This document shows positions 56,033 to 64,000 of a DNA stretch of 64,000 bases, in pieces. Source of the stretch: Amoeboaphelidium protococcarum X5. Lineage: Eukaryota; Fungi; Aphelidiomycota. Each line of letters starts with the position of its first letter. The first letter of the stretch is position 1. Below the pieces are notes generated by a model, which saw only the letters and a program-made list of their open reading frames with translations, searched no databases and had not been told where the DNA came from. A program made the position numbers and the translations under genes. The stretch lies in NCBI GenBank assembly GCA_023515725.1, contig JALDTO010000176.1, forward strand, positions 1 through 64,000, written 5' to 3'.

Positions 56033-58866
56033 ATGCCAGATTTGCCATCGACTCCATTTTTGGGTAATGCGGCTGTAAAGGCCTCCACGTCCAAGTCTCC
56101 TGCTGAAACTGTTTTTGACTCTACGCCTGTGCTGAATGGCGGTAATACTTTTAAAGATATACGTCTTGTTTCTGACTTGTACACGCCTGTTAAATCTACC
56201 ACATCTTCTAATATGTCGTCATTGACATTGCCCCATGATTAATAGTCGTCGTCTAGTGGATCAGAAGTGTCGAATGGTTCACAGCTACTGAAGCAAATGG
56301 TTTAAAGACTGGCACAAAAGTCGTAGCATTAACTGGTTGATGGTTGTGCTAACATGCCAAATACAAGCGCGACGAGTGACGTGTCATCTACCGAGAAGGT
56401 TGAAACATTGGCCGGTGTTGACTCTGGTTTCACTGGATTTAAATTTGCATCTGGTGGTGACGCGTTCAAAGTCAGTGCTGCATCTCTATAAAAGGCCAGG
56501 GCTCTGCTTGAAGTTGATGAAAATGATTATTGTAATTAAGCGGTTGAACCTCAGGATCATTTATAAGAACGGTAATCATTCGGGTTCACTAATGCTCGGG
56601 GAGCCAAGTTGCCTCCTCCGTCTGAAAAGGCCTAAAGGTGCGCATCTAAACTATTTTTGACTGAAGATAAGCCGATTTCAGTCGGGTTCTCCAGTGCTTC
56701 TGGTAAGAAAGTTTTTGCTCCATCAGAATCTGCGATGCTGCAAGCTAATAGAATATTGTAATCTTCGCAATCATCATCCTCATCCTCATCAAAGTAGAGT
56801 TAAGGAAGTTTCAAGGTTCCTCAGCTGCCGTCTAAGAGATCAGGCCAGGTTGTAAATTAAAGACATTCTATTGCAGTGCCTACGAAGAAGAAGAAGTAGC
56901 GCATTCTCACCAGGGAGAATACCAGACTCTCTCTTCCTACTTAAGTCAATGATTAAAGTGTATAAAGCAGCCGAAGTGCTTTCAAGATTCCTTATGCCAA
57001 AGACAAGCCGTTGATCTAGACTCCTGTCAAAGCTGTAAAGCCTAAAGAGTAGTTGAAATCTGTCTTTAACATGGAATCTGTAGCACATCGTTTGAATCTT
57101 TCTGATTTACAATTAGAGCATTATTCGTCATAAGAGCTTGTTGATAAGTTTGCCATACCATCGTAGTATGTATCTGTATTTGAGGAGTAGAAATTCGAGT
57201 CTTTCACTTTTGAGGTAGATGGCGGTGCCCGATTCGGATGGAATGATGCAAAGGATAATATGGTTGCTTTAGCAAACTCTATTGATATGTAGATTGACAA
57301 ATGGGTGTAAAATCATTACAAACTAATAGTCCAGAAGTTATTATGTTATGTTTTAAAGTTTCCGTCTATTTTCTGGGTGGATGAGAGTAAACGAAGTTAA
57401 TGGTGCTCGCCAGACTCTGTAATGCGGCAATTGTGTTACAGATATGAAAGGGAACACTTGATGGCTCATAGATCATCTATTAAGATAATATGCGAATAAG
57501 ATGCTCCATCTTCATATCCAATGATTCTATTTATATATTCTGTGGCGATTTCTGTGGATTCTGATCAAGCAGAGTGCCTCCTCTCCGATGGATGGTATAT
57601 TGTGAGTGCTTAACTAGATCATGTCCTGACTCGCTCCGTCAAGAATGGTAAGCTTCGATCCGGGTAGAAGTTGTTAGTATGCAATGCTCAAATGATCAAT
57701 TAGTCTGAAGCTTGTTCTCCGTTGGAATTAACGCCTGATTCTAGATTGAGAATATTCGCCAATTCCACACGAAGAGTTGCTTGGCATACACGTCTGGGGC
57801 ACTTACTAGTATCTCCTCTAGTGATTCCGATTCGATCAATTAATAGCGAGGGTGGACTTATATCGTGCGTTGAGGCTTTCATTATTCGCAAGTATCCCGT
57901 TATATACACTGAAACACTGCCGGATGGATCAAAGGTTAGCAGAAATCAAGCAGATGAGGAACTGTATTGTCAGACTTACAATGCCAAAATGCAGCAGTAT
58001 TTCGAAGAACTCAGAGCCAAATCTTTCTCATATGGTGGACATTCAGAGTCTGAGCTCTCTGAATTGCGTGACTAGATTTAGGTAAGGATAATCCCATTAT
58101 GAAGTTATACGTTATACTACGTTACTTTTCGTATTTGTAGGAGCGATTTCCGACAAGAAATGTCAGATCTACAATGAAAGTCCGAATCTTATGCTCCTCC
58201 TGTTTCAACAAAGACGTACAAATTGTTTAATAATAATCTCACCATGCTTTGGTTACTATATATAATCCTGAATAAGTAGCGCCGAGTATCATTGAGGGGA
58301 ATGCGTATAAGGTAATTCATATTTGTACCGACTATGATTGATTGATTTTACATTGCATGTAGATTTACAACCTGATGCCATTCTCTAATCAATCCAACGC
58401 ATCGATAAAGTCATTGCACTCCACCAAAATAAGCCGCTTTTTTACTAGTGATATGTAGCGCTGTGGTAGTATATCTGCATAATTGCCTAGTATTTAAAGT
58501 TGCAATGACCTTAAGCACTTGTAACATGGCGATGAATTTGATGCCTGCGTTAAAATATGCTACTCATAAGACAAGATCATATGCTGCGATTAGTCAGAGA
58601 GTCTTTTGTTGCTGAAAACTTCTATATCAGCGAAGAAGCCGGTATCTTTTAAAGCTGAGACAGTCATCATCCGATGTTTGCAGTTTGATTACTACGATCT
58701 GAAATTCGATCTGGCGGTTGGCATAATTACTCAAGACACTCAGTTTTAATACAAGGGCTAAAACGCAACTGAAAGAGACGCGCTCAAGAGAGTATAATAG
58801 TGGTCCTCTCAAGACATATCGTCAGTTACTGTCGCTGAGAAGTTATTAACAATTGGCATAAACTGA
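56033..58866 (+). CDS. BRCA2: BRCA2/Brh2 homolog
   Basis: Three BRC-like repeats (GFKFASG, GFTNARG, GFSSASGK). DNA-binding domain WVQNHY, YRYERE, LSDGWY, GQKL, ANSTRR..WH.RLG, RKYP. Introns 58082-58140 and 58312-58362. Confidence 0.92.
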
Positions 58867-58924
58867 TGTTAAATTAAGAAATATTGTCAAATACAAATGT
58901 ACTACATTCTAATCAAAAACTAAA

Positions 58925-61732
58925 TCATCTTATAGGGGAAAACAAAGAACCATCAGATAATTAAGATCTGCCTCTGTCTCGCCTAGACTAAATATCACCC
59001 AGAGATAGACCGAGGATGCGCGGCCGTTTATCAATTTTGAAGTCGGCATACTCTTTGGCCACATGCTCACGCCTGTTAGAATCTTGACTGAGAATTTGAG
59101 ACAGCGTGTTGATAGTGCTCTTGAGCAACGAATTTGATCTCTTAGCGCCTTCTAATTTCTACTCCAGTTCTTGCACGAGCTCTTCAGGAATTTCAGGTAG
59201 ACGATTGCAATCACCTACTGGATTCTCTTCTTTCAATGCCTCGGCGGGGTGTGTGGCATTATGCGTCTAGGATCCTCCTAGAGATATCTAATTTGCAACT
59301 GCAGCCTTCTTCAGAACGAAAGTGGACTTCTTCCTAGGGCGAACAAGCTTGGCGTCAGCAATGTCGGCAGAAACTTATTGCAATGAAGATGAAGTATCAG
59401 AGGCTACAGACTAAGTTCTATCTCTTAATTCCAACCAAAACGAGGATCTTCTTCTTTTTCCAACCGGTACTACCAAAGAAGCATCGGCAGACTTTTATTC
59501 ACCACCATTAGTTTAAACTGTCTATGCATTAGAAATCGCAATATTTTCCTCCACATTTTGCACCAGTAAATCATTTTATTCTACTTAGTCGTTGTGAGTA
59601 TCATTAAAACGGTCATGGTGACAAAGATCACAGACGCGCTGAGGCTTCATCGTCTAATCGTTTATAATCACTCTATGAGTGGAACATGCTGAACACACTA
59701 CGGCTCCACAATAACGACAATGATGACGTCGAATGATGAAGTTAAAGGAGCATTTACACACCATACAAGTCTATGCCACTTCATCGGGAATCCAGATGGG
59801 AGCAAAGTAAGAAGACCGACGACTCTGATCCATATGAGACTATTACAAGGGTGTGGTGGCAAACTCATAAATGGAGTTTATAAGCATAGCAGCCTCGCTG
59901 GCATGATCGCTCAATATAGAAGCTTGGTCTTGATCAATAACGTTAACAGATGCGGCTCTACTGCGAATGATGGTGTTGGACGTTGAGATATCACATTGAT
60001 CATCAATCGCCTGCTTGAGGCTCATCAGCCACTAATCCTTCTCCTCTTTGCTATTGCAATATAGCTAAACAGACTTTTTACGCGACAGAATAATGAATGA
60101 ATATGGAATATATAGGTACGGCACTACACCGGTTGCCATCGGGATTCTATCGACAATATTGCTGAAAATCACTTCTTCATCTTCAACCAAAGGCTTCTAA
60201 GCAGCAGACTGAACGGGAGGAGTCAAAGGCTCAGGAACATTTAGAATCTATATCTACTACAGAGGCATCCACATCCTGAAAGCATACTTTTTATTATCAA
60301 ACGGCGTGTTAAGTGGTAGGCTGCTATTCGGCCGCGCAAATAGGACACCATCACTGAGAAGTAGAAGCAAACGCGGATTACATCCTTTGGCACATACTTT
60401 ACCCAACATTCCACTCTTGATCATTTATCGACCAGGAGTCACCAGCTTGGCACCTACAATACCCTCTTCCAGAGGTAGAATATCGGCATAAGTGAGATAA
60501 TGATTAGATAGTTTGTGTGGCAATCCAACAATGGCGTTCTACAGATCAACCAGCCTGGTATCTTCTTCATGCATTCTTATGCGCTCATTCACCCATTGAT
60601 TGACAGACTCTATGAGCTGAAGCGCCTCTGTCAATCCATCATAGTCGCAGTGAGATCGTGGCGTGTATTTAAGCAACTACTCAATCAGCATACGATACCT
60701 AGGTAAACGTTGAACAGGCTGTAGGAGTAGAGAGACTAGTGGAAGAGACTTAACATCAGGGTGTCTCAATTGATTACTGACAAATGTACCAAAAGTACTG
60801 GACGTGGAGGTGAGGTGAGATAGAAGAGTCAGCGAATTTGGATAATTCTTCAGATAGATGGCATAAATTTTCATAAATGGAATGAATTTGAGTACAATGT
60901 CAGACAGCTTCCCTTTTTCAGGATTCCACGACAGATCACAGCCAAAATCTATGGCGGTATAAGGGGAGCCACTCGACGTGTTGGAGTGATGAGAGTTGCC
61001 AGATTCAACAGATTTCAAAGACCGGACAGAGTCATATCTAACATTGCCTTTCAGTCTCTTACGCAGCTTGGCCAGAAATTCCGAGTTCAATCCGCGAATC
61101 TCCACCAGATTACTAAACATTTAATTAGTCAGTTTCTTGCTAACATCCGGGATCTTTACAGGCACAGAGGAACGTTATGACACGGGATCCGAGAGGGGAA
61201 GATAGAACAAATCATAGAGAACATTGAGCTACTACACATACGTTTCTTCAGTCTCCAAAAATTCATTAGCTATCTATACGCGCTTCTTCATCATGGAATA
61301 ATTGAGAGTATTAGATTTTTCATACGGGTGATACTTGGCCTAGTGGTGATGATTAAGATGCTTTTAGATGCGCGTAGCAGATCGCACAAGAGGAGAAGGT
61401 CTATACTGCTCATTCAGTTGTATATGTACGGGAGTCACTTTATTGCCTGGCGTAATCGGAGACATTGCAGGAGACAATAAATTCAAAGATGACCAAAAGC
61501 TATTCACTCGAGGGCTACCAATCTGATCCCGCTAAACATTCTGATCGTTCTACTACAGCTACTATTAAGGGATGCACGGTAGAAGCGGATGATCACAGTC
61601 ATTAAGATCAATGCTCTCTGCAGACGATTCATACTCTACAGATTTCACACTTTGGCTACGATAGAACAGTTAATATCCTATAGCGACAGCTGTAAACAGG
61701 AAAGCACCAATTTCTAACGCGTATTGATCCAT
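58925..61732 (-). CDS. FGD/frabin-like RhoGEF (DH-PH-FYVE)
   Basis: ANEFLETEETYV, LLQPVQRLPRY, PH domain, FYVE WIPD..CMVC..RRHHCRYCG.VVC..C..RVCDLC. Hydrophobic N-terminus. Confidence 0.9.
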
Positions 61733-62677
61733 TTTTATATTTTCTGCTCTATCTTGGCGTATTAAAAAGAGGATCGTCTGTCAATCAATGCTCGAGCTTG
61801 TTGCAAAAGTGAAAGAGACGACACGGTGGCTCCCGCTGAACAAGGTCACTGAGAAATTGAATCGATTATTTAGATTAGAATTCACATTGTTTTGAGTTAA
61901 ACTATAGAACTGAATGAATATAATGTTCACTCACACAATGTACTTTTTTATCTGAATTTTGTTGTGCATTTTAAAAATAACAATGTTATTATGGGTGATA
62001 TTATTTCAACGTGTGAAACGTGGTTGAAACTGATGATTGTCCACTGGAGACAACTTGGCTTCATCCTGTGATATCTTAAATCCAAATCAAGAGTGGTGAG
62101 AGCATTTTGGCATTCATTCACTTGGTTAAGTCACACTTTAGATGACAGAGTATCATGTGGTAGAGTAGAGGGTGGCATGACAACAACTGAAATCAACAGA
62201 GAAATTCTTAGCCAGTCTGGTCTGGGAAACAACACTAAATCAGTGTGACAAACAACAAACAATGGCTGCAGATGTGATTACATTGTTACTAATCAACCAA
62301 GTCTTATTTTAATCATTATTATTAAAGTCAAAACTTGATCGTTCATTACACTGAGTGTACACTATATACGTACATACATACATCCATAGGTATCCAAGAT
62401 TACGAGAGATGACTATTAACGCAAGTCAGAACGTTTAGAACAGGCAGCCGCTCGACCGTCAAGATGTGATTCAGTTCGTCAAGGTAAGTTTTGAAACTCT
62501 AATTGATATCAAACAATGATCTGATTAACGAGTATCACACATACATTCATGTATATATGCATATAGTGACAAGTGGGCCGTATTAGTAGTATCATCGCAT
62601 GATGCTATTATGACGGCGGTTGTTACCATGTATGTGTATGTGTGTGCGTGCGATTATACTGAAAGCGTATGTAGCCA

Positions 62678-63895
62678 ATGGCAAGAAAGCATCCACAGCG
62701 AACATCAATCCAGCATTGGCAGTTGCGAGATTTGGTTCACAGTCCAGCTCCGAACCAGTTTGTGCATGTGAACACTAACAATGTTCTTCTGTATGATACC
62801 GTTACCAAGTAGTCAAACTAGCTGATTAGAAATTTACAATTTAGTCCTACAAGTGTCACCACAGGATTTGGGTATGTCGCAGCGGGTGGTTAACGAAGTC
62901 AGTTGGTTGTGAAGCAGTTGCAAGGCAGTTGGGATGCATTCTCTGCCGTCGGTGGTAGTATTAATAATGCGCTATGTATCTCTGCCTGTCCTTGGGGGAG
63001 TTACTCGGCGTAAACATCTCCTCTTGCGGTCACGTCACCGGTGAATAATGCGTCATTCGGCGTATCGGGTAGTAGTAGCAGCAGCAGTACTTATGGTTAC
63101 GGCCAGTCATCGGAGCGTCAGTATGGCGATGTTAGAATTCTGATTTGTAACAATGATGAGAGCATCAAAGTGTACTCTATCCCTGGTATGTAGCGCGTAA
63201 CCACGATTGGATTGCCTACTGCCGTAAACTATGCCAGTGTATCACCTGATGGCAGGAAGTTGTGTGCAGTCGGTGATAGCAATCAGGTATTTATATATGA
63301 CATTTCAACCACTGGATATTATGAAAAGATTGCGACTCTGACTGGTTCAAATGACGCCGGATTTGGATGCTCTTGGAATCACTCATCGGATAAGGTTACT
63401 GTTGGTAGTCAAGATGGTGTCGTCACTGTGTGGGATATCAGATACATGAATAGTAATAGCAATAGCAGTAATAATAATAGTGGTAATCATAGCACTAGTA
63501 CCACTGCGCCACATTTAGGTAATCCAAATTACGGGAAACTTGCAGTCATCAAGTCGTCACAGCATCCATAAGTGAAGGGAGCCGTCAGGGCGGTAAAGTT
63601 TAGCAAGTGTAGTTCTGTTGATTTACTCGTGTTCTCTGAGCATGTGAGTTATGTCAATTTTATTGATGCAAGGACGTTCGATACTGGAACTGCATCCAGG
63701 TAGAGCATCAGATTAGGGAGTGGTAGTCTCTCGGCGTTTAATAATTCCGCGTCTTCTAACATTGATGTTCATCTGAGTGGCCTGTCATTTGCTCCTGATA
63801 GTCGATCCATCTTTGTCGGCCTTGAGAATGCAGTTCTTGAATTCGATGTGGACACGGTGTCAAGAAGAACTTTTGCTAAAGGTGCATTGATATGA
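62678..63895 (+). CDS. WD40 protein of the DUF2415 (Gid11/Ylr149c-like) family
   Basis: SIQHWQLRDL, AAGGQRSQL, GGSINN, ICNND, VNYASVSPDG, GSQDG..VWDIR, GAVRAVKFS, FSEH. Upstream exons (62262-62674) are unresolved. Confidence 0.82.
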
Positions 63896-64000
63896 TATGG
63901 TATGATTGATGATGCTATGAATATTGTGTTGATCTGAATAGATATCTCGAGTGCAGGCAGACAAAGGGCGTATATTATGTGATGTTGACAGTTGGAAATG

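Noticed and set aside
62409-62674. ATG 62409 as the start of the WD40 gene
   Set aside because: Splicing 62484-62566 puts TGA in frame. ATG 62678 is in frame with the conserved HWQLR motif; the upstream exons may be UTR.

Overview
Gene-dense eukaryotic nuclear DNA from a fungus-related opisthokont that uses a non-standard genetic code. TAA and TAG encode Gln (translation table 6) and TGA is the only stop. The supplied ORF track uses standard stops, so it breaks the genes into fragments. Re-read by hand with UAR=Gln, the window gives about 30 intact genes with short GT-AG introns. These are a penta-EF-hand protein, UBE2W, ValRS, TSC2, Rad57/XRCC3, kinesin-2, ATP23, ORC1, a UBZ protein, cardiolipin synthase, two tandem ADAMs, Zim17, a PTEN-C2 formin, PIG-A, Mtr10, a CEP83-like protein, a small GPI-anchored protein, a FERM-SH3-FERM-CH-DH-PH RhoGEF, a mitochondrial carrier, MBF1, Frq1, a GATA factor, APRT, Rab2, BRCA2, an FGD-like RhoGEF, a DUF2415 WD40 protein and two hypothetical genes. 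There are also two frameshifted nuclease/Crinkler-type pseudogenes and a LINE-derived ORF. UAR=Gln plus fungal-type genes best fits the aphelid Amoeboaphelidium protococcarum, where this code is already reported; that assignment is inference. Less familiar signals: all 14 predicted coding introns end in TGTAG, 20 of 30 stops are TGAT, and a TTTGACGCGC element lies about 200 bp upstream of three start codons. All family calls come from motif recognition, not database searches.
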